A DNA stretch of 64,000 bases from an uncultured Candidatus Saccharibacteria bacterium (GTDB lineage Bacteria; Patescibacteriota; Minisyncoccia; Phycocordibacterales; UBA12088): NCBI GenBank assembly GCA_964562615.1, contig CAZLUD010000001.1, forward strand, positions 327,628 through 391,627, in the 5' to 3' direction. Shown here in pieces: positions 33,132-43,374 of this stretch; positions within the stretch are counted from its first letter, which is position 1; each line of letters opens with the position of its first letter. Below the pieces are notes generated by a model. It did no database searches. It worked only from the letters and a program-made list of their open reading frames with translations, and was not told the origin of the DNA. The position numbers and the translations under genes were made by a program.

Positions 33132-35558
33132 ATGATAGGTGTATCGCTGTGCATCTTGCACTGTTATATGGCTGCATCACCATTACATAATTTGTATACT
33201 CGCATAAAAAACTTGGTGGTATGTGGATTTGCTGAGCATAAACGCATACTCGCTATCTCGCTTGTGGTAGTGGTGACGCTACTTTTTAGTGCTACTCCAT
33301 ACGCAACACACGCTGCCAATTTGTGGGAAATTATAACCACACCACAGCTTATGTTTGCGTGGGTTGGCTCAGGAGTGTTGTGGCTCATGAGCGGTATCTT
33401 GGGTATTACGGCAATCCTCCTCAATATCACAATTTTGCAAACCGTAACCGGGATGGGAAATCACATCAACGACATAATAGGTATACAAATTGCCTGGGCA
33501 CTACTACGTGATATGGCAAATATATTGTTTATCTTTGGCATTGTATACATAGGCTTGAATCTTATTCTTGGCAACAATAGACACGGGCATCAGCAAGCAC
33601 TTGCACGACTTGTGATTATCGCGCTCGTCATTAACTTTAGTCTCTTTATAACAAAAACCGTAGTCGAGACATCGAATGTAATGGCGAACACGATATTTAG
33701 ACTCATTATTCCTCCGGGCACAACTGGGAGTCAAGCGTGTGATGGAAGAAGCACGCTTCCAGAAAACGTAATACAATGCGTAAATTTTGGTATTACAGGA
33801 ATTATTAATAACTCCCTTGGTCTTACTACGGTATTTAACGTTGGGGGTACTGCAAACTCAGCTGGATTTACCTCTCCAACACTTAACAGCGCTACAGCAA
33901 TTGATGCGTCTAAAATCTTCTACATAACAGCACTCGGTTCAATATTTATTCTCATTACTGCGTTTGTCTTTGCGTCCGCTGCCGTGTTGTTGGTTATTAG
34001 ATTTGTCATACTGATTATACTCATGGTGTTTTCACCGCTTGCGTTTGCGGCGTGGATACTGCCTTCAACGAGTGGTTACTTTTCTTATTGGTTAAAATCA
34101 CTTCTCAATCAATCGTTTTTTGCGCCTGCCTACATGCTTATGATGTGGATCGCAATAAAAATAATCGAGGGGTATGGTGTCTCTACGGTTACTGGTGTTG
34201 CCACACGATCAAACAATTTTGGCGCAGCGCTCTTGGGCGCAAATGTTAGCTTTGCAAACGTATTCTTAAACTTTGCCATTATCACCGTATTTATGGTGGC
34301 AGCGCTTGTAGTTGCAAAGAAACTTGGCGCCATTGGCGCTGATAAGGCATACGGCATTGGTAAGGGATGGGTCAACACCGCACAGTCAACCGCGTATAAG
34401 TACAAGAGCACAATTGCGGCTGGAGCAGCGGGTGCAACTGTATTTCCTGCGCTTGTTGGAGGGGGGGCACTCCTTGGCGCAGCGGCTGGTGTTGCTGGGT
34501 GGAAGGGAACGAGAGTTGGCACGAAGGTAATTGCTGACGAGAGTGCAAGGTTTGCCGGCAGAAAGGTAAACGCGATAAATGAAAGATTGATGAAGGCCCC
34601 AGTAAAAGAAGGTGGTGTTAAAGACACAATAAGAAAAGCGACAATTGGACGATTAGACAATGCACTAGGCTACAGCCAAACAGTGGCAGCTGATGTGAAG
34701 TCAGCACAAGAGAAAGTAAAAGCCCTTTCTAGAGATGGAAATACAAAGGGATCATCTGATTTCCTTCTCGCACAACGTGAAGACGTAAGAAATACGCTAT
34801 TTGCAGGACTATCACCATCTGAACAAATTACTGTGGGGGCAGAGATGGGTAAGAATGTAGTGACTCGAGACGGACTGGTTGATAAGAAAGCTACGGATAA
34901 AAATATCAAGAAAAAAGCCGTCGCACTCTCAAGCCTACGTGAAAGCGCAAGAGAAAAATACCTTGAAGCCATGACAAAGGATTTTGCAAACGACTCAAAA
35001 GAGTTGTACAAACAAATCTCAACGCTTAATGGTGATGATCTAACCTACGCATACTCAAAAATGACTCCACGCATCAGAGCGGCGTACGAAACAGAACTTA
35101 ACAAGGCGACTGGAAATGATACTCGCACAAAATCTCTTAGAAAGACAATATCAATTGAGGATCAAGAAAAAACAGAGAAAGAAGCAGGTGAAGTAAAAGC
35201 TCGTACAGAGAAAAAATCAAGATCTGGAGACCTTATCACCTTGATACAGCAACATCAAACACTCTCTACAACACCAACAACCTCAAATCCATCTTCACCT
35301 ACCGGCACAGAGATTGATAATAAAATCCGTAACATTATTAGAGTAATGGGCGACAAAGAAGTAACGGATCTAAAACCAGATGTGTTGAAGAGTAAAGAAT
35401 TTGCAAAGCATGTAACAGTAGGAATGCTCTCTAAAATTGCTGCGGTAGACAATATCACGCAAGAGACCAAACAAACACTTAGAGATAATGTTATGAGTGT
35501 AAACAATACAAAAGGAATCAGTTGGCTACAAGACAAAGGTAAAGATTTATTCCAATAA
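33132..35558 (+). CDS. Polytopic membrane protein, VirB6/TrbL-like component of a type IV secretion system. It has a long hydrophilic C-terminal tail. The start is probably downstream of 33132.
   Basis: Six or more transmembrane segments in the first ~400 aa; Gly-rich intramembrane stretches. It is in a cluster with a VirB4 ATPase and PrgI-like proteins. Confidence 0.45.
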   Translation: MIGVSLCILHCYMAASPLHNLYTRIKNLVVCGFAEHKRILAISLVVVVTLLFSATPYATHAANLWEIITTPQLMFAWVGSGVLWLMSGILGITAILLNITILQTVTGMGNHINDIIGIQIAWALLRDMANILFIFGIVYIGLNLILGNNRHGHQQALARLVIIALVINFSLFITKTVVETSNVMANTIFRLIIPPGTTGSQACDGRSTLPENVIQCVNFGITGIINNSLGLTTVFNVGGTANSAGFTSPTLNSATAIDASKIFYITALGSIFILITAFVFASAAVLLVIRFVILIILMVFSPLAFAAWILPSTSGYFSYWLKSLLNQSFFAPAYMLMMWIAIKIIEGYGVSTVTGVATRSNNFGAALLGANVSFANVFLNFAIITVFMVAALVVAKKLGAIGADKAYGIGKGWVNTAQSTAYKYKSTIAAGAAGATVFPALVGGGALLGAAAGVAGWKGTRVGTKVIADESARFAGRKVNAINERLMKAPVKEGGVKDTIRKATIGRLDNALGYSQTVAADVKSAQEKVKALSRDGNTKGSSDFLLAQREDVRNTLFAGLSPSEQITVGAEMGKNVVTRDGLVDKKATDKNIKKKAVALSSLRESAREKYLEAMTKDFANDSKELYKQISTLNGDDLTYAYSKMTPRIRAAYETELNKATGNDTRTKSLRKTISIEDQEKTEKEAGEVKARTEKKSRSGDLITLIQQHQTLSTTPTTSNPSSPTGTEIDNKIRNIIRVMGDKEVTDLKPDVLKSKEFAKHVTVGMLSKIAAVDNITQETKQTLRDNVMSVNNTKGISWLQDKGKDLFQ

Positions 35559-35570
35559 ATACTAATTGCC

Positions 35571-36167
35571 ATGGATGAACTAGAACTAAAGTTTAAAGAG
35601 CACTTTGATCGACTACCAGAGGTTGTGCAAGAGTATGTGCTTCATGGTAATTACTCATCTGAAATAGCGTCCATAGGGCATCTATTCAAATTTCACATTG
35701 ATACGATGGGGCAACTTTCCGATTTTGTCACCTATGTCTTGGTTGGTATTATACCCACCCACGAAGCAGAGAAGAAATTTACTGAGTTCTTACCTGAGTA
35801 TTCAGCTCAAACAAAAGCAATCTTACAAGAAATTGAGCGCCGAATCTTGAGTAGTGTACGCACCATGACCACAATTAAATCTGATTCGACTGCTCCCATT
35901 GAACAGGTGACGGCACCGAGTGCTATTTCCAATCTCCCTACAACACCAGCACAACAAGCACAGACTGTGCCAATAAACACCGCACAAGTACCTGTTGCTG
36001 TTTCGCCACAAAAATTACCAATGGTTACACCAGCCACTCCACCAACAAGTCAAACAGCACCGAACCAAAATGCTTCTACACCAATGAAAACGGTAGGGAA
36101 GGAGATAGTTATTCCAGACACTGCACCGAAAAAATCAACGGATCCCTATCGAGAGCCAGTTGACTAA
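35571..36167 (+). CDS. Hypothetical protein with a Pro/Thr/Gln-rich C-terminus, associated with the T4SS cluster.
   Basis: ORF, tightly spaced within the cluster. Confidence 0.35.
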   Translation: MDELELKFKEHFDRLPEVVQEYVLHGNYSSEIASIGHLFKFHIDTMGQLSDFVTYVLVGIIPTHEAEKKFTEFLPEYSAQTKAILQEIERRILSSVRTMTTIKSDSTAPIEQVTAPSAISNLPTTPAQQAQTVPINTAQVPVAVSPQKLPMVTPATPPTSQTAPNQNASTPMKTVGKEIVIPDTAPKKSTDPYREPVD

Positions 36168-36197
36168 ATAATGTTTTCATGGTATAAATAATATAGT

Positions 36198-37523
36198 GTG
36201 CTCTTTGACAGAGCGCTTTCTAAACACTTAACTGGAGGTCATCCGATGACGAACAGTGTACTGGATCTGGTCTCGATTATCCTATTTCCACACACGTTTG
36301 CGCTTTTTGTGGGTCTGTTTTCGGTGCTATACGCACCATTTACCATTAACTCAGCAAAAAATCCTGCGAGATTTCTCTCCATGTTCACACGTGTCTCTCC
36401 AAACCAACTCAAAATTATTGAGTGGGGTGGAACATTTGTGAGGGTTATTTGTGTCAACCCTGGGTACGCCTTCAGAGCGTGGGTTGATAGTGGTGGTAAC
36501 ATGTTGCCTTCAAAAAACAACTTACATGAATGGGAGGTGGTTGAAAGACCTCCAACCTGCCCTCCAATGCCAGAAGTTGTGCCTGGAAGTATATTTTCTG
36601 GGCGCTACACGAAATGGCTTTCTCCGCTCTTTGTGTTTAGACTGGTATCCTACAAGATAACAGGTCTTCACTTTTATGGCATCGCGCCATATGTGCAGGT
36701 CAGATCACAAGACTACAAGCGCGGAAAGGTGCCTGACTCTGGTGAAATATCACTAGAGACCGTAACACAGGTTGTAGATGAGACCGATCATTTTAGACTA
36801 AGTGCGTTTACAAACCTCACCGTATCGGGAAAGCTCCCAACACAGCAGGGGTGGGGGGTGTCTGTACTTGTTGCGCTTGAGCTGTCAATTACCGACGCTC
36901 CGAGCGCTGCCTATTCGGTGAATAGGTGGGACCAAAACATACAGCAACGCGTTGTTGCTGCCATTGCTGAAGCGATGCATGGAGCAAACATCGGTTCGGT
37001 ATATGGAGGTGGTGATATCTCTCACAAGAACGCCATCGTGGATAAGTGTTGGTTCTTCTTGACGGGGCTTGATACTAACGCACGAGCCACCAATGCCAGA
37101 TACTTCCGTACTGTTGCTGATTTGGGAAGCATCAACGTGCACAACATTCGAGTTGTGGATATGAATGCTGATCAGCATTCACAAGAAGCGGTGGAGCAAG
37201 CACTCTCTGCTGCCTTTGTTGGGACCCAGGAAGGAAACAAGATCAAGAACAAACTTACCCTTGAAGGAGAAGGTAGGCAGGCTTTCCTGAGTAACCAAAT
37301 TAGCGGCGTAAGCGAGAGCCTAACCGACCAAGAAAAAATGAGGTTGGCCATACGCATCATTGAGGGGGAGGCACTTCGAAACGCAGTGATAGATGGAGGC
37401 GCGAAGGTAATAGCCACGTTTGGTAACCAGCAGCAAGAACCAGGCGCTCCGCTTTCGTTGCCTCAATTTATTGCGGCAACGAAAGAAGATTCTCAGCAGA
37501 ACACGGAAGGAGACCGTCAATGA
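36198..37523 (+). CDS. Hypothetical membrane-anchored protein (441 aa), associated with the T4SS cluster.
   Basis: N-terminal transmembrane segment (LVSIILFPHTFALFVGLFSVLYAPF). Its stop overlaps the next gene. Confidence 0.35.
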   Translation: MLFDRALSKHLTGGHPMTNSVLDLVSIILFPHTFALFVGLFSVLYAPFTINSAKNPARFLSMFTRVSPNQLKIIEWGGTFVRVICVNPGYAFRAWVDSGGNMLPSKNNLHEWEVVERPPTCPPMPEVVPGSIFSGRYTKWLSPLFVFRLVSYKITGLHFYGIAPYVQVRSQDYKRGKVPDSGEISLETVTQVVDETDHFRLSAFTNLTVSGKLPTQQGWGVSVLVALELSITDAPSAAYSVNRWDQNIQQRVVAAIAEAMHGANIGSVYGGGDISHKNAIVDKCWFFLTGLDTNARATNARYFRTVADLGSINVHNIRVVDMNADQHSQEAVEQALSAAFVGTQEGNKIKNKLTLEGEGRQAFLSNQISGVSESLTDQEKMRLAIRIIEGEALRNAVIDGGAKVIATFGNQQQEPGAPLSLPQFIAATKEDSQQNTEGDRQ

Positions 37524-38206
37524 CACAAGAGGGAGGTGGGTGGACGCTGGATATACTTCCCATAATACCAGCATCAATAGAGATAGCTGTAATACTAGCT
37601 ATCCTTTTCACCCTTCTGGTGGTAATCATTTCTGTTTTCAAATCGGAATCCTCAGGAGCAGCGCCCTCAACCACTAAACGTATCTCGCTTAGTGGGAGTC
37701 TTATACCACTTGGGGGGGTAATCCTGATCGGTGTCACCATTCTTGTGGTAGCACTGTACTGGCCATCACAAACCCCATTCCTCGCATTGGTGTTGCCAAT
37801 ACTCTGGCACTACACCGCCTCAAGGACAAAAGCTGAGGCGCATTTTTGGGGGATCACGTGGAGGGATGGTGAACAATACCTTTCCTCGTACTTGATGCTC
37901 CAATTTATGTTCCAAATGCTGTTCCTTGTAGGGGTTATTTTACTCCTACTATTGTGGGGGCCTTGGTTCCTTGCTAAGGCACTCCAAGGATCCGCGCTCT
38001 ATATAATTCTTGGTGTTGGTATAATTTTTACCACCTGGTTCTTTGAGAGCTGGGGCAAATTTACCAGGATGATGCTATATGCATTTGGTGGAGGCGTCAC
38101 CCTATTATGGTTGTTTGGCAGAAAACTTGCTGCCCAAAATGATTTCGCCACCATAGAGTTGTGGCGAAATAACATACTCGAGCTAGATAAGCTATTTTAT
38201 CTCTAG
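37520..38206 (+). CDS. Polytopic membrane protein (about 6 transmembrane segments), associated with the T4SS cluster.
   Basis: Hydrophobicity; ATGA overlap with the upstream gene. Confidence 0.4.
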   Translation: MTQEGGGWTLDILPIIPASIEIAVILAILFTLLVVIISVFKSESSGAAPSTTKRISLSGSLIPLGGVILIGVTILVVALYWPSQTPFLALVLPILWHYTASRTKAEAHFWGITWRDGEQYLSSYLMLQFMFQMLFLVGVILLLLLWGPWFLAKALQGSALYIILGVGIIFTTWFFESWGKFTRMMLYAFGGGVTLLWLFGRKLAAQNDFATIELWRNNILELDKLFYL

Positions 38207-38280
38207 CTCGAAGAGGCTTGAAGCCGTGATGCAATATCATCACGGCTTCTTTTATTTGTGATACACAGTCAAAAGCAGAG

Positions 38281-38784
38281 TTGCCAACAATTATTTATAT
38301 AAATGACTTAGCTATAGGTTGTATTCGAGGTACAATATACTCACATACCCCTATGCGTTATCACGTACCACAATTTATTGATATCGAAGATAAAGTGGTT
38401 GGACCACTTACCATAAAACAGTTTGTGTACATCGCGGGAGGTGTAGGGTTTGTTGCACTTCTTACCGCATTTATGCCGTGGCAGTGGGCTGCTATTGTGG
38501 GTAGTCCGCTTGTACTCCTTGGATTACTCCTTGCCTTCTATCAAGTAAACAATCAACCTTTTATCGCAATAATGGAAGCGGCATTTTATTACCTTGTGAG
38601 TAAAAAACTCTATCTTTGGAAAAAGAATACTGGGGTAAAAGATGAAGCAAAAGAAATGGTAGGGAAGGAAGCGCTCGTGCATACTCCCTATGTGCCAAAA
38701 GTCTCTAATAATAGACTTAAAGAGCTTGCGTGGTCACTAGACATAAAAGATAAAACTGGTGGTTCAACACTAAATCAATCGTAG
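38281..38784 (+). CDS. PrgI/TcpE/VirB3-like small membrane protein of Gram-positive-type T4SS.
   Basis: Motif GPLTIKQFVYIAGGVG followed by two transmembrane helices. It lies immediately upstream of the VirB4-like ATPase. Confidence 0.45.
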   Translation: MPTIIYINDLAIGCIRGTIYSHTPMRYHVPQFIDIEDKVVGPLTIKQFVYIAGGVGFVALLTAFMPWQWAAIVGSPLVLLGLLLAFYQVNNQPFIAIMEAAFYYLVSKKLYLWKKNTGVKDEAKEMVGKEALVHTPYVPKVSNNRLKELAWSLDIKDKTGGSTLNQS

Positions 38785-38785
38785 T

Positions 38786-39430
38786 ATGAAAGAAGTTAAT
38801 AAAAAATCAGGCGCATCACAAGCATTTGTACCCATCGAGGAGGTGCGAGATGGAATTGTCATACTTAAAGACGGCTCATTGCGCGGAGTGTTTATGGCGT
38901 CATCGACCAACCTCGCCCTAAAGGGGCAAGACGAGCAACAAGCTATCCTCACCCAGTTTGGACAATTCCTTGATTCGCTTGATTTTTCAGTGCAATTTTT
39001 TGTGCAATCACGAAAACTTGATATTCGCCCCTATGTCGCCATGCTTGAAGCGCGCTATGTTGAACAAACAGAAGAGCTCATGAAAATACAGGTACGTGAG
39101 TATGTAGATTTCATAAAAACATTTACCGAGGGTGCCAATATCATGACAAAAAGCTTCTTTGTGGTAGTGCCATACGCACCAGCAATTATTGGTAGCGCAT
39201 CATCAATAAATCCTTTTGCAAAAAAAGACGAAAGTGGTGAAGCGTCCAATGCCACCTTTGAAGAGAGCAGGTCACAACTTGAGCAGCGCATGGGCATCGT
39301 ACAACAGGGGTTGCTACGATCTGGAGTACGGGTCGCACAACTCGGAACCGAAGAGGTGATAGAATTGTTTTACAAGATGTTTAACATGGGTGAACTAGAG
39401 CGCCCTATCCCTCTTGATAACAGAGCATAG
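38786..39430 (+). CDS. T4SS-associated hypothetical protein (214 aa) whose N-terminus resembles the N-terminal region of VirB4-family proteins (VPIEEVRDGIVILKDGSLRGV).
   Basis: Motif similarity by recollection only. Its stop (TAG at 39428-39430) lies 5 nt before the VirB4 start. Confidence 0.35.
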   Translation: MKEVNKKSGASQAFVPIEEVRDGIVILKDGSLRGVFMASSTNLALKGQDEQQAILTQFGQFLDSLDFSVQFFVQSRKLDIRPYVAMLEARYVEQTEELMKIQVREYVDFIKTFTEGANIMTKSFFVVVPYAPAIIGSASSINPFAKKDESGEASNATFEESRSQLEQRMGIVQQGLLRSGVRVAQLGTEEVIELFYKMFNMGELERPIPLDNRA

Positions 39431-39435
39431 TATAT

Positions 39436-41271
39436 ATGGGACTATTTGATATCTTTAACAAAAAAGGCGACAAAGAGTCGATGGAGGATTACCACATCCA
39501 GCCCGTACTTCCTGCAGAGATGTTTGAAGTTGGCTCTCTTGAGCTTAAAGATGTTATCGCACCATCTGCGCTAGAGATTACCCCCAAAGAAATGAACTTG
39601 GGTGACAAAGTAGTCCGAACATTTTTTGTTATTTCGTACCCGAGCTTTCTCTCTGATAACTGGTTTTCTCCAATTATCAATCTCGATAAAGTGTTTGATG
39701 TCTCAATCTTTGTTCATCCTATAGACACCGCCTCGGTACTTAAAAAGTTTCAAAAAAAGGTAGCAGAGGTACAAAGCCAGATTCAACTACGCGAAGAAAA
39801 AGGACTTGTCCGCGACCCAAAACTAGATAGTGCATATCAAAACCTCGAGGAACTCCGTGATAAATTGCAACAAGCACAGGAGCGTCTGTTTGATGTTGGT
39901 TTGTATATCTCTATATACGGAGACAGTAGGGAGGAGCTTGATAAAATTGAATCAGAGATAAAATCAATTCTAGAAGCGCAGTTGGTCTATTTAAAGCCCG
40001 CACTCTTTCAACAGGAGCAGGGGTGGAAGAGTGTCATACCTATTTCTACCGACTTACTTAGTGTGCATTCAAAACTAAACTCTCAACCACTTTCAAGCTT
40101 TTTTCCTTTTATTTCTTTTGATCTCTCTGCAGATACCGGTATCCTCTATGGTATCAACCGCCACAACTCATCTTTGGTGTTGTTTGACCGATTCTCAATG
40201 GAAAACTACAACTCTGTGGTATTTGCAAAATCTGGTTCTGGAAAGTCCTACACCATAAAGCTAGAGATTTTGCGTTCACTCATGTTTGATACAGACATCA
40301 TTGTTATCGACCCAGAACGTGAGTATGAATATATCGCTGAAGCAACTGGCGGGCGTCACTTTAACATTTCACTTTCATCAGGTCACCATATCAATCCGTT
40401 TGATCTTCCTATACCCCGAGAGGACGAGTCTCCTTCAAACGTTCTTCGATCACACGTGGTATCGCTGGTGGGATTGTTTCGTATTATGCTCGGCGGGCTT
40501 TCTCCAGAAGAAGACTCAATTATAGACAGGGCAATAACCGAGACCTACGCACTAAAAGACATCACCGGTGAACATGACTTTTCAAGCATGAACCCACCGC
40601 TTCTCTCTGATTTTGAACTAGTACTTGCTGGTATGGATGGAAGTGAATCACTTGTACAACGACTCACCAAGTACACCAAGGGTACGTGGGCAGGATTTAT
40701 TAACCGTCCTACCAATGTTGATATCAACAAACGATTCGTGGTGTTTTCAGTACGTGACATGGAAGACGAGCTGAAGACTGCCGCGATGTACATCATCACT
40801 AACTTTATTTGGGCAACCATACGCAAAGAGCTCAAAAAGAGGCTCTTGGTGGTAGATGAGGCGTGGTGGATGATGAAATCAGAAGACACCGCATCATTTC
40901 TCTATGGTATTGCAAAGCGAGGACGAAAATACTATCTAGGTTTGGCAACCATCACTCAAGACGTTGATGACTTTTTGAAAAGCCCATATGGCGTACCGAT
41001 GATCACCAACTCATCTATACAATTACTCCTTAAACAATCTCCAACCTCAATAGGAACAATCCAGCAGGTATTTAACCTTACCGATGAAGAGAAATATCTT
41101 CTTCTTGAATCTAATGTGGGGGAGGGGATATTCTTTGCTGGCATGAAGCACGTAGCGATAAAGATAATTGCTTCGTACACCGAGGATCAGATTATTACCT
41201 CTGATCCGTCACAGCTCCTCTCTATAAAGAAAGCACGCGATGAAAAAAAGGCGTCTGTTGATACGGTATAA
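39436..41271 (+). CDS. virB4: VirB4/TrbE/CagE-family type IV secretion ATPase.
   Basis: Walker A (VVFAKSGSGKSYTIK), Walker B (LLVVDEAWWMM). The N-terminal block APSALEI...RTFFVISYPSFLSDNWFSPIINLDKVFDVSIFVHPID is typical of Gram-positive VirB4 homologues. Confidence 0.8.
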   Translation: MGLFDIFNKKGDKESMEDYHIQPVLPAEMFEVGSLELKDVIAPSALEITPKEMNLGDKVVRTFFVISYPSFLSDNWFSPIINLDKVFDVSIFVHPIDTASVLKKFQKKVAEVQSQIQLREEKGLVRDPKLDSAYQNLEELRDKLQQAQERLFDVGLYISIYGDSREELDKIESEIKSILEAQLVYLKPALFQQEQGWKSVIPISTDLLSVHSKLNSQPLSSFFPFISFDLSADTGILYGINRHNSSLVLFDRFSMENYNSVVFAKSGSGKSYTIKLEILRSLMFDTDIIVIDPEREYEYIAEATGGRHFNISLSSGHHINPFDLPIPREDESPSNVLRSHVVSLVGLFRIMLGGLSPEEDSIIDRAITETYALKDITGEHDFSSMNPPLLSDFELVLAGMDGSESLVQRLTKYTKGTWAGFINRPTNVDINKRFVVFSVRDMEDELKTAAMYIITNFIWATIRKELKKRLLVVDEAWWMMKSEDTASFLYGIAKRGRKYYLGLATITQDVDDFLKSPYGVPMITNSSIQLLLKQSPTSIGTIQQVFNLTDEEKYLLLESNVGEGIFFAGMKHVAIKIIASYTEDQIITSDPSQLLSIKKARDEKKASVDTV

Positions 41272-41279
41272 TACGGGGT

Positions 41280-41756
41280 ATGCACGTAGATAACGACAAT
41301 TACAGAATTTCCTCCTTTACAGGAGGCATGATGGTGAGTGTTGCCATGATAACCGACGTGGTGCAAATGGCACTCACCGGGCTACACCTATTTATCCCCC
41401 TCTTTGGGAGTATGCTTTCTATACTTAGTATCTTTGGTATAACCACCCTCGGGGGGCTTATTTTCTTTCTTTGGTTTCATATTCTTGATGTGAGTCAAAT
41501 AGATTCAGCGCTTGATAACCCTGGCGCAACATTTGCCTTTTCGATTGCAGAACTATCGCCGTTTGTTAACTTTCTCCCTTTTATGACTATAAAAGTAGCG
41601 TGGGAGGTATACTCATCGAGGCTTTCAGACAAAAAAGAGATGGAGAAAAGCAAGAAGAAAAAAGCACAACTACGACAACGTCAGTTACAACAGGCGATGA
41701 ATGCTCGTATGTTGGCACAAAATGCAAATAATCAAGTAATTCAAGATGCGAGCTAG
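41280..41756 (+). CDS. Small polytopic membrane protein with a Lys/Gln-rich C-terminal tail; a T4SS cluster component.
   Basis: Hydrophobicity only. Confidence 0.35.
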   Translation: MHVDNDNYRISSFTGGMMVSVAMITDVVQMALTGLHLFIPLFGSMLSILSIFGITTLGGLIFFLWFHILDVSQIDSALDNPGATFAFSIAELSPFVNFLPFMTIKVAWEVYSSRLSDKKEMEKSKKKKAQLRQRQLQQAMNARMLAQNANNQVIQDAS

Positions 41757-41789
41757 AGGAGGGGGGTAAAAAGGTGGTATACTTTTTTT

Positions 41790-42806
41790 ATGATTCGTAT
41801 AGGTATGATGATGGTGATATGGAGTGTGGGGATATTGGTATCTCTTAGTCCTTTACCGTTGCTTGCACAGTCATTTGGTATTGGCATACCATCGCCAACT
41901 ATTGGCGGTTCGCCTCTTACCATGGAAATGTTTCCTCAATACGCACGCCCGGGTGAGTATGTGGAGTTTTCTTTAGTTAGCTCAACCATCGCACTTTCAA
42001 CCGCTACTGTCACCTGGACAGTAAATGGTACTCGAGTATTTTCTGGTGCATCGGCAACAAAATACGTGTATAAAATCCCAGAGAGTACTGATCCATTTGT
42101 GGTGGTAGCAGATGTCTACACAAGAACAAATCAGTACTTTACGACACGTCTTACCGTACAACCATCATCTCTTACCCTCCTCTATGAAGGCGCCACCTAC
42201 GCGCCGCCACTATATGCCGGAAGACCAACACTCTCACCAGAGGCAAGTCTTTCGGTACACGCGATTCCTGCTGTGATAGAAAACGGCATAGAGCTACAAC
42301 CGGATGATCTCTATTTTAAGTGGACCGTGAATGGAAAGTTTGTTTCTGAATTATCTGGACTTGGCAAAAGCTCTGCGATTGTAGCAAACACTGGGTACCT
42401 CCGTCCTTTAGATATTATTGTGGAGGCATCATCAGATAACGGAACCATTGCAGGGGATAGAATAAAAGTGTCGGTAGAAAATCCGTGGGTTGTCTTCTAT
42501 GAAAATGATCCGTTGCTTGGCATTCGCTACGACAAAGCACTTGGAACATACTCGCTAAAAAATGAGGAGGTGACAGTTATTGCAGAGCCCTACCATATGA
42601 GCGCATACAAAAGAAATGATGCTACCCTTGAGTATTCTTGGGGAATCAATCAGGAACGACAGGCAGAAACCACTGCACCGAGCATCACCCTTCGTCCACA
42701 GAGCGATACAGGTAGTGGAATCTCTACCATAGGTGTTTATATACAAAATACCGTCTTCGAACTGCAAAACGTAGCTAATGCATTTAGAATAAACCTCTCA
42801 CAATAA
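41790..42806 (+). CDS. Secreted protein (signal peptide, 338 aa), likely beta-rich; a T4SS cluster component.
   Basis: N-terminal signal-like segment MIRIGMMMVIWSVGILVSLSPLPLLA. Confidence 0.35.
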   Translation: MIRIGMMMVIWSVGILVSLSPLPLLAQSFGIGIPSPTIGGSPLTMEMFPQYARPGEYVEFSLVSSTIALSTATVTWTVNGTRVFSGASATKYVYKIPESTDPFVVVADVYTRTNQYFTTRLTVQPSSLTLLYEGATYAPPLYAGRPTLSPEASLSVHAIPAVIENGIELQPDDLYFKWTVNGKFVSELSGLGKSSAIVANTGYLRPLDIIVEASSDNGTIAGDRIKVSVENPWVVFYENDPLLGIRYDKALGTYSLKNEEVTVIAEPYHMSAYKRNDATLEYSWGINQERQAETTAPSITLRPQSDTGSGISTIGVYIQNTVFELQNVANAFRINLSQ

Positions 42807-42812
42807 TATTGT

Positions 42813-43298
42813 ATGAATGTTGTAACTATACTAAAAGGGCTGCTCATATTCATGGTCACGCTAGTTATCGCGGTACCATCATACGCCCTTGCTGCTGATC
42901 CAATCGAGCCGTTAATTTTCCTTCCACGGATTGTTGGTGATGCATCATCTCCGACAAGCGTAGAGGGGCTGCTTCAAGGATTGTTTCAACTTTCCATTTC
43001 AATCGGTGCGATTTTGGCAGTGATAATGATTGCTGTTGGTGGTATTGAGTATATGGGTAGTGACGCAATATCAAGCAAGCAAGCAGGGAGAGAGCGTATG
43101 TTTAATGCAGTACTTGGGCTAGTGCTTATACTTGGTACCTATGTGATTTTAAATACAATAAATCCCAATCTCCTTAGCTTTGCTATTTTCTCCGCCCCTG
43201 GTAATCAGGTTGAATCTAGAGCTGATTTTCCAACTGAGGCAGTAACAAATCCAGGCAGTGGGCCTACACAGGGGGTACCTGCTGGTACCAGTGGTTAA
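42813..43298 (+). CDS. VirB2/TrbC-like pilin-type protein: a signal peptide followed by two hydrophobic helices separated by a short polar loop.
   Basis: Topology (signal, then LFQLSISIGAILAVIMIAVGGIEYM, polar loop, then AVLGLVLILGTYVILN) resembles T4SS pilins. There is no sequence-level proof. Confidence 0.35.
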   Translation: MNVVTILKGLLIFMVTLVIAVPSYALAADPIEPLIFLPRIVGDASSPTSVEGLLQGLFQLSISIGAILAVIMIAVGGIEYMGSDAISSKQAGRERMFNAVLGLVLILGTYVILNTINPNLLSFAIFSAPGNQVESRADFPTEAVTNPGSGPTQGVPAGTSG

Positions 43299-43374
43299 GC
43301 ACTTTGCTTGACTTGCGCTTGGGTCTAATTAGTTGTATAAAATATACAGTGAAAACCTGAAGTAGGAGGTACTC

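Noticed and set aside
33164-35572. Antisense ORFs within the VirB6-like gene (for example 34130-34660, 34670-35011, 35255-35572).
   Set aside because: Low-complexity translations opposite a long membrane-protein gene. No independent support.
38786-41271. Hypothesis that VirB4 is split or recoded across the TAG at 39428.
   Set aside because: The downstream ORF begins with its own complete VirB4-type N-terminal block. Other long genes in the window show no sign of stop-codon reassignment.
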